From: Candidatus Marinacidobacterales bacterium
GTDB taxonomy: Bacteria > Acidobacteriota > Vicinamibacteria > Marinacidobacterales > DATDRI01
Length of the DNA stretch: 64,000 bases
Assembly (NCBI GenBank): GCA_965219415.1
Contig: CBDCNP010000002.1
Location: 896,001 to 960,000, forward strand
Direction: 5' to 3'
The notes under the pieces were generated by a model, which made no database searches, was not told the DNA's origin, and saw only the letters and a list, made by a program, of their open reading frames with translations. Below, one piece after another: positions 18,076 to 31,000 of this stretch (position 1 is its first letter; each line of letters starts with the position of its first letter). Made by a program: the position numbers and the translations under genes.

Positions 18076-20869
18076 TCACTTGTCATACCAGTGATCTTGC
18101 AGGATGACGGCCTCCCCGCGCAGCACCGTACCATCAACCCATAGCTCGACGGTGTATTCGCCCGGCGCCACGCGGAAATACGCGTAGTCGCGCTCGGTGA
18201 TACCGGCCTCGGCGTGAACACGCGTTTGGAGCGATCGTCCCCACTTGTCCACCTCTTCATCGGGAGCGCCGTAAAAATCCACCGTGTCGTAGTAGTCGAA
18301 GAACTCTTCCTCGTCTGCGGATTCCTTGTCCCATTCTTCCCAGCGCTCGATTTCCTTCGAGGTCCGTTTCCCTTCGCTTCGTCATACCCCACTCGACACT
18401 GTTGAGCCCGGCCGCCCCGGAGCCCTTTATCTCATTTATCAGCCGCGTCCCGTCGTAGATCCGGATCGACACGCCATCCGGGCGTTCTCCCTTCGAGTAG
18501 TAATTAACAACCACTCCGTGTGGCTGGTTTTCGCCCTCGAAATTCTGCGCACTCACCGCTGGCTGGCTGGGCATGACCCATTGCACCTGGGGCTCGATCT
18601 CGAACAGGTGTACGTCTGAGGCCAATAGCTCTTGGGTGAGCTCCTGCAAGGGAGAGATGTCGGTAATGTAGAATCCCCGGCCGTGAGTGCCCACCACGAG
18701 ATCGTTCTCTCGCGGGTGTATGACGAGGTCATGAACCGCGACGGTGGGTATGTTATTTTTCATCCGCACCCAATTCCCGCCGCCATCCAAGCTCGCATAC
18801 ACGCCCCCATCGGTTCCGACGAAAAGTAAATCGGGATTCTTTCGGTCTTCCTTGATAACGTTGACCGACTGCTGGGGCAGGTTGGAAGCGATCGAAATCC
18901 AGGACTTGCCGAAGTCTGTGGTCTTGTAGACGAATGGCCTAAAGTCATCGCGACGCAGTCCGGTGAAACTCAAGTACGCAGTTCCCACGTCGTGATGAGA
19001 GGCGGTGACTCGGGTCACCCAGTAGCCTGGATTGTCGGGAACATTCCCGTTCAGGTCCGCCCAAGTCTCACCGCCGTCCTTCGAGAGCTGCACGTTCCCA
19101 TCGTCGGTGCCCACCCAGAGAACTCCCTGTTCAATGGGCGATTCGTCGACGGTAGTGATGGTGCCATAGCTCACCGCGCCGACACCTCTGTATTTGCTGG
19201 AGTCGTTCTTGGTTAGATCGGGACTCACTGTCTCCCAACGCTCGCCTCGAAACGGAGACCGCAGCAAGACATTAGCACCCACGTAGAGGACGTCGCTGTT
19301 ATGCGGCGAGATGAGAAGCGGCGTATTCCAATTGAACCGGCGGTCGGAGTCACGGTCACCGAGAACCGTTTTTCGAACTCCGGTCTTCTGATCGATCCGC
19401 TGAATATGTCCGAATTGAGAACCGCTGTAGAGCCACCGGCTGTCTGTTGGGTCTACCTGATTGTAGAACCCATCCCCTCCGTTCATGTGCTCCCAGTCCT
19501 CGAACCGAATCGGAAAACGACCCTTTTTCGTGCTAGGCCCCTTCCAGGAGCCGAAATCCTGCGTTCCGCCGTAGACGTTGTAGGGGTAATCCATATCGAT
19601 CCCAACCGCGTAGAGCTGCGCCATCGAAAGCTCATCGGGGTGGTACCATTGCGCCCCCGCGTCGTGGGTGATCGCCATCCCGTAGTCATAACCCATGATC
19701 ATGTGCCGGGAGTCGGCGGGGTCGATCCACAGGACGTGATTATCCCCTCCGTAGCGAATCGGGAGGGTCCAGGTCTTGCCTCCGTCCGCGGATACATCCA
19801 CCCTCGAGCTCAGCACGTAGAGGTGGTCCTCGTCATTGGGGTCGACGATGATCTGGCCGTAGTAGTTGGACCGGTTGCCGATGCTCTCGCCCTCCTTGCT
19901 GACTCGACGCCACGACTCTCCGGCGTCGTCGGAGCGATAGATCCCATGGCCCACCGTCGGCTTACTGGCTCGCTTTCCATCGAAGAGCTCGCTCCGCCTA
20001 ACGTCATCGGAAACGCCGGGAGAGTTCGCATTATCGATCGTCGCGTAGAGGATACGCGGATTCCTCAAATAGATGTCGATGCCGATCTTCCCGAGCATGC
20101 CGCCGGGCAAGCCGTTTTCGAGCTTTCGCCACGACTTCCCAGCGTCCGTTGATTTGTGGATGCCACTGCCCGGCCCCGCGGTCCTGAAACTCCAAGGCAT
20201 CCGCATTCGGTCATAAGCGACGGCGTAGAGCGTATTCGGATCGTCGGGAGACACGATGACTTCGGTGGCGCCGATGTGCCTTCCTTCTATGACGACTTCG
20301 AGCGATTTGGTCCATGATTTCCCACCGTCCGTTGTCTTATACACGCCTCGCTCGGGATTCTCCGTGTAGAGATGCCCTTGCGCGGCGACGTAAACAATTT
20401 CGGGGTTTTCAGGATGGATAAGAACGCGACCGATGTGGTGAGATTCCAGCAACCCCATGTGCTCCCAGCTCTCGCCACCATCGAGGGACCGGAAGATCCC
20501 CTTGCCATAATAGGTGCTGTTCCGAAGGTTTGCTTCGCCGGTGCCTACCCATACGATGTTGTCGTTCGACGGAGCGACGGCGACATCACCAATCGATGCA
20601 ACGTCCTCGTGGTCGAAGACCGGTTCGAACGTTGTTCCGTTGTTGACGGTCTTCCAGACCCCGGCCGGCCCAGCGGCGACAAGAAACGTTTGCGGGTCCT
20701 GCCGAGACACGGAAACCGCGACTACTCTCCCCCCTTGGCGAGTAGGCCCGATCTCCCGAAAGACGAAATGATTCAAAAGCACGGATGGAGCAGGCAGCGC
20801 AGAAACGTTCGGTAGACCTGGAGCGAAAACGATAACGACGAAAAGTAGGATTATTCTTTGGCTTCGCAT
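18076..20869 (-). CDS. VPS10/BNR-repeat (sortilin-like) secreted glycosyl-hydrolase-like protein (frameshift near 18370)
   Basis: FREIGP...GGRV, repeated S/TxDxGxT/SW Asp-boxes, VGTGEAN, GTHGRG; the C-terminus continues in the 18076..18282 frame. Confidence 0.88.
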
Positions 20870-20914
20870 GGGAACTCCCCTATATACGAAAATTATGATA
20901 TATCACACGTCCGA

Positions 20915-21976
20915 ATGAACAGCTGGCGGAAGATAACCGGACATCCACTCGTCCTACTGGCTTCCCTCGTCACGGCATGTGGCAACGCCGATCCCGTTGT
21001 CGACGTCCCCGAGGAAGTCACCCGCTTGCAGGACGTAGCGGCAGGCATCGAAACGAACGCACAAGGGTACGGGGAAGCCAAGATAGCAGAGGGCCACGTG
21101 ATGATCGAGGTTCCGGCTGGGAATTTCACGATGGGCACCGACGACGGCCCCGAGAACGAGCGACCGGCACACACGGTCTACCTGGACGACTACTGGCTAT
21201 CGAAGCATCCGGTGACGGTGGGGCAATTCAAACATTTCGTCGAGGAAACCGGTTACCTCACCGATTCCGAAAGAGGGGTCGGATGCTGGGTGTTCGTAGG
21301 AGAGGAATGGGAGCCGAGGTTGGACGGCACGTGGAAAAACACTTACTTCCAACAAGAAGACTCCCATCCGGTGGTCTGTGTGAGTTGGTACGACGCGATC
21401 GCATACGCGGACTGGTTCTCCGAGAAAACCGGCGTCGGGTTCAAGCTGCCCACCGCGGCGCAGTGGGAGAAGGGCGCCAGGGGCAACGACTCGCGAACCT
21501 GGCCGTGGGGCAACGAGATTCCTGACGGAACGCGAGCCAACTACGCCGACACCAAATACTGGAACAAGTATGGCGAGGCACGGGTCGCGGACAAGGACGT
21601 CGACGACGGCTACGTCGAAACGTCTCCGGTGGGAAGCTACCCGGCCGGTGCGTCTCCCTATGGGCTACTCGACATGGCCGGCAACGTGTGGGAGTGGTGC
21701 CACGACTATTATGCCGGCGATTATTACTCGCGATCACCGGATCGCAATCCTCTCGGCCCCGCGGAAGGTAGAGTAGGCGACGATGGCGTTGCCGATCGCG
21801 TCAACCGGGGTGGCGGGAGCTGGACCGACCGCTCCGGCCATCTCACCACGGAGGGTGGTCACAACCTGCGATCCGCCGGGCGAACCGGGGACGGCGACAA
21901 CAGCAGCGACGATCACATGGGTTTCCGTCTCGCCATCGACGACGTCATTCGCCCGCAACACTCGAGGCCGCAGTAG
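20915..21976 (+). CDS. Formylglycine-generating enzyme (SUMF1/EgtB/PvdO) family lipoprotein
   Basis: Lipobox VTAC; FTMG, HPVVCVSWYDA, LPT.AQWEKGARG, YGLLDMAGNVWEW, GFRL. Confidence 0.9.
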   Translation: MNSWRKITGHPLVLLASLVTACGNADPVVDVPEEVTRLQDVAAGIETNAQGYGEAKIAEGHVMIEVPAGNFTMGTDDGPENERPAHTVYLDDYWLSKHPVTVGQFKHFVEETGYLTDSERGVGCWVFVGEEWEPRLDGTWKNTYFQQEDSHPVVCVSWYDAIAYADWFSEKTGVGFKLPTAAQWEKGARGNDSRTWPWGNEIPDGTRANYADTKYWNKYGEARVADKDVDDGYVETSPVGSYPAGASPYGLLDMAGNVWEWCHDYYAGDYYSRSPDRNPLGPAEGRVGDDGVADRVNRGGGSWTDRSGHLTTEGGHNLRSAGRTGDGDNSSDDHMGFRLAIDDVIRPQHSRPQ

Positions 21977-22048
21977 CTGAATTGGCCACCCTGTCCATCC
22001 TGCGAATCCCGTCCCTGATTATTTGAGCGAACTTCTGGAGACACACCT

Positions 22049-23494
22049 TTGACACTAATCGGTTTTTCGATCATCGCGTTCATCGTGGCCACGATGATCA
22101 TCGGCATCCGCACCTACGCCAAGATCAAGGGCCACGCCACAAACTACTACGTGGCAGGCAACTCGATGCCGGTCTGGGTGATTGGCATCACCCTGTGCGC
22201 CCAGGCGTTCGACGCGAATGGATCCATGGGCAACGTGTCCTTGGCTTTCGAGAGTAGCTTCTGGGCGGGCGCCGCCATCCCCATCGGCCTCGCCTCCTGT
22301 CTCTTCTTGACCGGCACCTTCTTCGCCAAACCGATCCACCGCATGCACCTGATGACCCTCGCGGATTTCTACCACCGCCGGTACAGCCAAACGACGGAGA
22401 CCCTCGCCGCACTCGCCATGTTCGTCAGCAACATCATACTCGTTGCCGGAAACCTAGCCGGACTCGGATTGCTATTGGATCAAGTCTTCGGAGGCGGCTA
22501 TCTCGCGATGTTGATGGTCATTGGCGCTTGCATCCTGACGTACGCGGTCACCGGGGGCCTCTATGCGACGATCACCACCAGCGTGCTGCAGGTGGGTATG
22601 TTCGTCGCCGCAACCATCGTCGGTTTCCTTTGGTTGGTGGGGGCGCATGGGTGGACCGAGCTGATGTCCAGGGTGCCGGCGGAGGCCACGAATCTGTCGG
22701 GTCTCTTGAATCCGGACAACAACGCCTACGTCAATTGGGCGGCCCTCGTGTCCTTGGCCCTCGGTGATGTCGTCGCCATCGATTTCATTCAACGCGTGAT
22801 CTCGGCGGATTCCCCGCAAACGGCGCGTCGAGGCTGCTATGTGGGAGGGTTTCTCACGCTAGGAGTCGGCCTACTGGTCTCGTTTATCGGATTGTTTGCG
22901 TTCTCCTTCGACAAGGAACCGAGTCGATTCTTGCTGGTCGATCTTTCCATGAACAATATGCCCGCCGCCGTCGGGACCGCAATTCTCCTGGGCGTGATCG
23001 CCGCGAGCATGTCTACCGCAGCCGGAGTGGTCCTCGATCTAGCCAACGTCATCACGCGGAATCTCGTGCAGCGCTACACCAAGTCGACCTGGGGCGATCA
23101 CACGATGTTGCGCTTCTCCCGCTGGATCGCACTTCCCACCATGGCCGCATCGATCGCCTTCGCTTACTTGAGGCCTGAGCCTGGTATCCTGCTGATTCTG
23201 GCGTTCGACGTCGTTCTCGCCGGATGCTTTGTACCGATGGCGCTGGGTATCTATTGGAAACGGTCAAACACGCCGGGGGCCATTGCCGCCATCGTCGTCG
23301 GCACCCTGACGCGAGTCGTTCTGTACTTCTTGATTCCGGAACCGTACGCAGGGCTCGACACTCTAATTCCACCGGTGGTGAGCCTCATTACTTTCGTCAC
23401 GGTTTCGCTCGTGACTCAGGGGACTTCGAAGCCCAACCACGATGCGTTGACTTACGTTCCCACCGATGAAGAACTAGTGAAGGGAATTTATTAA
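22049..23494 (+). CDS. Sodium:solute symporter (SSS/SLC5, choline-transporter-like)
   Basis: About 13 TM; YYVAGNS, TLADFY..RY, YAVTGGL, QRVISA, AASMST motifs. Confidence 0.9.
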   Translation: MTLIGFSIIAFIVATMIIGIRTYAKIKGHATNYYVAGNSMPVWVIGITLCAQAFDANGSMGNVSLAFESSFWAGAAIPIGLASCLFLTGTFFAKPIHRMHLMTLADFYHRRYSQTTETLAALAMFVSNIILVAGNLAGLGLLLDQVFGGGYLAMLMVIGACILTYAVTGGLYATITTSVLQVGMFVAATIVGFLWLVGAHGWTELMSRVPAEATNLSGLLNPDNNAYVNWAALVSLALGDVVAIDFIQRVISADSPQTARRGCYVGGFLTLGVGLLVSFIGLFAFSFDKEPSRFLLVDLSMNNMPAAVGTAILLGVIAASMSTAAGVVLDLANVITRNLVQRYTKSTWGDHTMLRFSRWIALPTMAASIAFAYLRPEPGILLILAFDVVLAGCFVPMALGIYWKRSNTPGAIAAIVVGTLTRVVLYFLIPEPYAGLDTLIPPVVSLITFVTVSLVTQGTSKPNHDALTYVPTDEELVKGIY

Positions 23495-23506
23495 CGAGTG
23501 AGGTGA

Positions 23507-24857
23507 TTGATGCCAACGAACCGGATCCTGCTCATGCTCGTGTTCTTGGTTGCGACAGGTCAGGGAACGCGCGCCACCCAAGAAAGTAAGAAGGAAGAGA
23601 CCGCCGAGGAGTTCATCGCCCGCGTCAATAAGGAGCTCGACGATCTCGGCAAGGAGGCCGCCGCCGCTTGGGTCCGTGCAACCTACATTACCCCCGATAC
23701 CGCGGTTCTGGCCGCCAAGGCTCAATCGCGTTTTCTCGAGTATCAGAATCGAGTGGTGGAAGAGTCGAGGCGCTACCTGGATGAAGATGTGGGGGCCGAT
23801 GCCGCCCGATCGCTCAGGCTGCTCAAGTTGCAGGATACGCGCCGGCCGGCGCCCGCGGATGCAGCGAAGCGCGAGGAGCTGACCGACCTGTACCAGGAGC
23901 TCACCGGCGCCTACGGCGAAGGCAAGTATTGTCCCGGAGGTGAGGACACTTGCAGGACGTTACCGGAGTTGGAACGGGTGCTCGCCGAAAACCGAGACTA
24001 TGACGAGCTATTGGACGCTTGGCAGGGGTGGCGGACCGTCTCGCCGCCCATGCGTGGGTCCTACACTCGGTTCGCAGAGCTGGCGAACGAGGGCGCGCGA
24101 AACCTTGGGTTCCAAGACCTCGGACAAATGTGGCGCTCCGCCTACGACATGAGCCCGGATGCATTCGCACAAGAGACGGAGCGGCTTTGGAGCCAGGTAG
24201 AGCCCCTATACGAGCAGCTGCACTGCTACGTCCGAGCTCGGCTGGGCGAACATTACGGAGAGGGGACAAAGTCCCCGCCGATGGACCCATCCCCGCCCAT
24301 CTCCTCGGAAATATGTGGGCGCAGGAGTGGGCCAATATCTACGACCTGGTGGAGCCCTATCCCGGTGTGGCGAATCCGAATGTGGGCGAGGCCCTCGTCG
24401 ATCAAGACTACGATGCGGTGCGCATGACGCAACTCGCAGAGGGCTTTTTCGTCTCTTTGGGCATGCCCAACCTTCCGGAGACCTTCTGGGAGCGATCCCT
24501 GTTGACCAAACCGCGTGACCGCGAGGTCGTATGCCACGCCAGCGCCTGGAACATGGACTCGGGAAAGGACGTGCGCATCAAGCAGTGTATCGAGCCCACT
24601 TCGGATGAGCTCGTGACCGTGCATCATGAACTGGGGCACGTCTACTACTACCTGTACTACGGCCACCTGCCCGCTCTCTATCAAACAAGTGCCAATCCCG
24701 GGTTCCATGAGGGTATCGGCGACACGATCCCTGGCAGGACACCTTGGAGGAGCTCACCGGCGGACGTGAGATGGATGCCAGCGCTATCATCGACTATTTC
24801 CAGCCGTTGATGGCGTGGCTAGAAGAGCAGAATCAGGGACGAACTTGCGGCTGGTGA
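23507..24857 (+). pseudogene. Peptidase M2 (ACE/peptidyl-dipeptidase A), frameshifted and internally deleted
   Basis: [38 protein letters not shown], then a direct jump to the C-terminal [11 protein letters not shown]...[16 protein letters not shown] in another frame. Confidence 0.85.
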
Positions 24858-25097
24858 TGCGGCGAACACCGGTACTGGAAACCAGCCCCCAACCCCGACT
24901 CGCGGGGCTCGAATGGAACCTCCCTACACACCTCCACGACCTCGATCGCTGAGGGATGAAGCAGCGCGCCAAGTTTCGGAAAAAAGATTCGGCGCCAACG
25001 AAAAATAGAGTAGAATCAGCAGCAAGCCCTGGGACCGGTAGGGCCTTACATCGCTCTCAATCCACTCCGAAGATCCACCGAGCCTAAGACGGTCTTC

Positions 25098-28000
25098 ATG
25101 GCTAGGAGAAAGAACATGCCTTTCCGATCTGCAGCGAAAGTCCGTTCGCTCCTCCTCGGACTCAGCATCCTGTTGCCCGCTTCTTCTTCCTCCCTTGCGC
25201 AAGTTGCTGCCACCGATCCGAATGCGTTTCCGTTCTACAACTGGGCGGGCGCATCGGGTGATACCAGTGGCGGCCTCGTCAAGCCCTCGCTGTTTACCGG
25301 AGCGGTTGTTGTACCCATCCATATCGTGGTGCCGGCGGGCACAGGAGGCATTCAGCCGTCCTTATCACTCGCTTACAACAGCCGTCAGGGTCGCGGAAAC
25401 GCCGGAGTGGGATGGAGCCTGGGGCTTTCGAAAATCATTCGCTCCACGAAGTACGGGGCGGATAAGGCTCAGGAGTGGACGCCCTCGGAGGCGGTTTACC
25501 TCTACGGGGATCAGGAGCTCATTCGCGGCGTAGGGGAGTCCGATCCCTTTGGCTGCCCAGCTATTCGCTACCACCCTAAATCGGAAAACTTTCAAAAGAT
25601 CCTCTTCTGCGCAACGGAAGACTACTGGACCGTCCTCGGTAAGACCGGAACGAGGACGACGTTCGGGCGACACGCCGACACTCGCCATAGCAAGCTCGCC
25701 CAGGACGGCGTGACCTTCGAGTACTTCCTCGACGAGTTGACCGACCCGCACGGTCTGTCGTGGCAGGCGACTTACTCCCCCACGACCGCCTACAGCGCTC
25801 CCCGGTTGGATCGGTTGGACTGCACCTTCCACGACGGCAGCCCCTTGGGTGAGCCTCGGCGCGTAGAGATTCGGTGGGGACCAAGGCCCGATGGGAGGCC
25901 CGAGTACGTCAACCTCCGCTATGGGTTTCCGCTGTTGCAAGACCAGCGCATTGATCGATCCGGGTCATGCTCGGGTCGCGCCGGGTACGCGAATACGTTC
26001 TCGGGTACGACGCCGACAAGGATTCGGGGAACGGAGAACAGTACAGTCCGGATAGCGGCGCCAGCATGTTGCGCTCGGTGACGCTGTGCGGAACGAATGA
26101 CGACTCGTGTCTCCCGCCGCAGCTCTTCGAGTATCAGTACAACGCCCCGACACCTGGCTTCAACGAGGCACCCGTCCAGCAGCCATTCCCAAAGAGCTGG
26201 GGCGCCTCTACGCCCAACTATGGGACGCGTCTAGTGGAAGTGCGGGCGAGGCCATTACGTTAGGTGATCTCATGGACATCAACGGCGACGGTCATCTCGA
26301 CGTCGTCGAGGCCTACTGCCCTGCGTCCTCGACACTCGAGTGCAAGCCACCCGCGGTGAAGTGGCGAATTTGGCCGGGAGCCGGAGCTTCGGGATTCAGT
26401 TCGAGCCCAATCTCCTGGCCCGGTGCCGAGCACTACCTGAGACGCTCGCCTTGGGATCCCAATGACTCTGGCTCAGAGCAGGATGTTAGCTGGGAACGTT
26501 GTCGACATGAACGGCGATGGGCTTCCCGATCTGTTCACTGGTCGTTCGCTCTATCTCAACACCGGCAGTGAATTCGAAAAGAAGCCATGGAGCTGGCCAA
26601 ATGGAAACACCCAAGATTGGGTTCGCGACTACCGGCGAGTCGGCGGCACCGGCACATTCGTGGTCGCGGACCTGGTCGATGGCAATGGGGATGGGTGTCC
26701 GGACCGATTCGACATCGACGCGACGGCGGGCGTCTGGCGGTACTGGCGCAACCGGCTTTGTGATCCCGTGCCCCACGCGGGCTACGAAACCCCGCCGCAC
26801 ATGGGACTGGGGACCGGTAGTGCCCCCTACCTACCTGGGGCGCGATGTCTCCTTCACAGGGCCGATGGGCGATGGGTCTTTGTTTTACTCGACGGACGGG
26901 TTCATTGAGCTCAACGGGGACGGGCTACTCGACTTTCTATATCAGGGAAGGCTCTACCTCGGCACCGGTCGCGGCTTCCGACCGGAGACGGGCACAACCT
27001 ACGCCTCTGATCTAGTGGAGATCTTGACGGCGTTCAAAGAGATCACATCACCGTTTCTCAAGAAGTATTGGTCGAATGAGCTCGACCTCCCCACGCGTCG
27101 CCAGCTTTACGGTTTTCTCGACTTGAATGGCGACGGCCGCCGGGATTTCGTGCGCCTCGAATCGTCAGCCCATTGGAAGGTGTGGCTCAATACCGGAAAC
27201 GGTCTCAAAAGCGAGCCTCTCGAATGGCCGATGCCGATGGTATTGCAGAACGATGCCTTCCCCGGACTTCAGAAAAGCATCATGCAAGGAACCAACCCAG
27301 TCCGCCGTGTTTACGGCTGGCAACGTCTATTCGATCTGGACGCTTCTGGAGCCACGGATTTGGTCAACTATCCCCTGCTCGGTGGGTTCACACACTTCAA
27401 TTTCTTCGCCAACAAGGGCCCCGAGCCCGAGCTCCTCGTCGAGGTGACGAACGGGGTCGGGGGGTCCATTCATCTCTCTTACACGGCGAGAGTGGGTGGT
27501 GGGCTAGAGGTCCAGGTAGGAGGGGAAACTTTTGAAGGCGGCAACCTGCACTTCCCGGTGCACGTGCTTTCGAAGATGGAAGCCGACGATGGCTACGGCA
27601 ACGTCTATGCCAGCCGCTATCGATATTGGGACGCTTATTATGATTCAGAAGAACGCCGTTTCCGAGGTTTCGGTCGCGTGGAAGTCACGAGCAGCGACAA
27701 CCTTGGCGCGGCTCCTAACTACAGCCTCCACGTCTTTGCCAACGGGGATCCCTCACGCCTTATCCAACCGCCGCATACATCACAGAGTTGGCCCGACCAC
27801 CCATCGCTTGCCGGGCGGGGATTCGCGATTCGAACGGGTCCGGATCGTGGCACCATCGAATACGAACCTCGGCGATGTGACCTCGGGCGATACAACCCGC
27901 GTCGAGACACTCGTGAAATACGCCACCGAACCGCCGCTCTGGGCGGCGAGCGAGTCCAACTATGATGCCTACGGCAACGTAGTACGGTTGCAGGGACCGG

Positions 28001-31000
28001 AGGGAGAGCTTGCTACGATTGACTACTCGCCGGGGAGCTTCACCTATCCGATCCGACAAACGACAACTGTGACCAAAGGGAAGAGCCCCGGAGAACAGAT
28101 TACGCTGGTGAGCACTTCGCAATGGGACGATCGGTTCGGCGTCGTCGTAGAAACAGTTGACCCGAATCGGCGGCGGGTAGAACGCGAGCTCGACGGTCTC
28201 GGGCGGCTGGTTCTCGTGACCAGCACGCCATCGTCGGATCCGACCGCCCCGCCCATCACACTCCAATCCTTCGAGTACTCGCTCGGCACCCCGTTGGGCT
28301 CTAACTATCTGGAGCGAACCAGCGCCATAAACGAGGGTGAATACGTCGTGAGCCGAACCTATTTTGATGGGATGCTACGTTCCGTTCAAGAGAAGACACC
28401 GGCAGCCGATGGACAGTGGACGACGAAACATCGACGATACGGTCTTCACGGAGTCGAAATCGAGACCCTGCCCTTTTTCACCGGCTCTAACTCCTACACC
28501 TTCCTTCCCTACCTCCCGGCGCGACCTTTATACCGCACGGCCTACGATTGGGAGGGCCGCGTCGTCAAGAAATGGCTCGAAGACTCTAATGGCAATGCCC
28601 ACTACCCGACGGCAACCGAAACGCGTCTCTGGGATACCGTCGTGACCGATCCACGAGGAAACCGAAGGACCGCTCGCCGAGACGGCCACGGGCGGATCGT
28701 GAGAATCGAGGAACAGGAGGGCTCTACCCTTCGTGCCGTAACGCGTTTCGATTACAACCGGATCGGAAACCTTGTGCAGGTTATGGATAACGCCGGCAAT
28801 ACCACCCGACTGCAGTACGACAGTCGAGGTCTCCGGCGAGCCATGGAGGATCCTGACCTTAGCAACTGCGGCAATCCATCTGACTGCCCTTGGAGGTACG
28901 CATACAACCTCAGTGGGCAGATCATCCGGCAGGTCGACGCCAAGGGCCAACACATCGACTTTTACGCTGACGAGTTGGGCCGCGTTTACCACAAGGACTT
29001 CCAGGGCGACGACGACGTCCTTTTCTCTTACGACGAGGGTCAGAACGGACTTGGACGATTGTCGTCGGTTAGAAACGGTATCGGGAACAAGGTGTCGTAC
29101 GAGTACGACAACTGGGGCCGGACGTTGCGGCACGAGCGTACCGTTGCCGACTCCACGTTCGTGTTGAACACGATCCACGACCTCCTGGGTCGGATCACCA
29201 AAGTTCAGTACCCGACCGGTGAGACCGCGGAGTACGTTTTCGACGGCGGCGGTCGGGTCAGTTCGGTCGCGTTCAACGGGGCGGACATCCTTCGCTCGGT
29301 CGTCTACGATCCCCTATCCCGTATTGTGGAGATCCAATGGGGAAACGGCCTGACAACGAATCAGGAATACGGACCGAATGAGAAGCTCAAGTCTCTTTCC
29401 GTCGGGGGCGGGGGCGACTCCCCGCTCCACCGACTCGCGTACGAGTTCGACGAGGCGGGTAACACCAAGGCCGTGTACGTCGTCGAGGAAGCCTGGCGCC
29501 GGGTCTATGCGTACGATTGGGCCGGTCGCCTAATCGATGCCCAACACCAGGATCGTGTCGTGACGCGAACTTGCCCCGAGGGGCTTTCCTGGCCGTCACC
29601 GCTTTGCGACATCTTCATTGATTGGGAGACCCTGAAGGAATGGAGATGGGAATACGACGAGATCGGAAACATGACCTACAACTCGGACTGGGATACCGCC
29701 GATCCTTTTTCGGATGGTCGGTACAGCTACGGTTCCGGCGCCGGGCCTCACGCGGTTACCCGAATCGGAACCGCGACATCACCCCATACATTCAGCTACG
29801 ACGCGAACGGATTCATGGTCGGGGAAGGCGAGTCAGTAGGTTTCGCATACGACACGGATGGCAACATGCTCAGTGTTTCCGACGTGTCGGGAGGCACTGA
29901 TCTGGTTGCACGGTTCGAATATGACGGTGACGGCACCCGGACTCGCAAGATGGTCACCGGAAGCGAAACGGAACTCGAGATCCGCTATTCCGGCACGCAT
30001 TTCGAGGAGCTTCTTGAAGACGGAGTAAGAAGTGGCAATAGGTATGTCCTCTTGGGCAATAGCCGGGTCGCACTCATCACCGATCGAAACCCATCCAAGG
30101 TGCTCTACCTCCATCCAGACGTGCAAGGCACCATCGGCCTAGTGACCGACGAAAACGGTGAGGTGGTGCTGCGTCGACAGTTCGCGCCTTACGGAGAGCT
30201 CGAGAGCGAAGAGGGCACCGATCCCGGAGTTCGTTACGGATTCACGGGCGCCGAGCACGACCGGGAAAGCGAGCTGCTCCACCTAGGAGTGCGTCAATAC
30301 CGGCCCAAGATTGCCCGCTTCGTTCAGCCAGATAGCACCGTTCCCAACCCTGATGATCCCCAGAGTCTCAATCGCTACGCCTACGCCCGTAACAACCCAG
30401 TCCGCTATACCGATCCCAGTGGCTTCCAAGAAGAAGAGGAGGACGAATACGACCCCCTCGACCGCCACGCCAACCGGGGCGAGCTGCCACCCTCACCGCT
30501 TATGCACGTAGCCGGCGAGGGACTGATGCATGCGTCCGAATACTTCTACCTGCAGACGGCAGAGTTCGACGAGAAAGTCACCGTGCCCGTAGCATCGTGG
30601 TTCGGGGAAGAAGCCTTCCGGCGCAACCCAGACATGGCCTGGGTTGAAGCCACGGTAGCCCACTTCGGTCTTTCCTTCATTACGTTCCTTCCGAGACTTC
30701 TCGCGACGCCCGCCTGGCTCAGGAGGCTCCCGGAGCAAACCGCCAACGACATCAGCGTCCTGCACCAGAGCGATGATCCAGACGCCCGGCTCGACGCATG
30801 GCTTTCTCTCGGGGGAAATGGAGCAACCCTCCTCGGGCTGGTCGCCGGAGGGGCGAAGGCCGCCCGTGGTGCAGGTGCGCGTGGCCCTAGGCTGAACCTC
30901 TCCAGGGTGGCCGCGGGAGAGCAACGCCCGATTCTGGTGCGCATTCGATATACAGAAGCGATGGCAAGAGCTGCGGGCGATGCGAACTTCCTCCGAGCGG

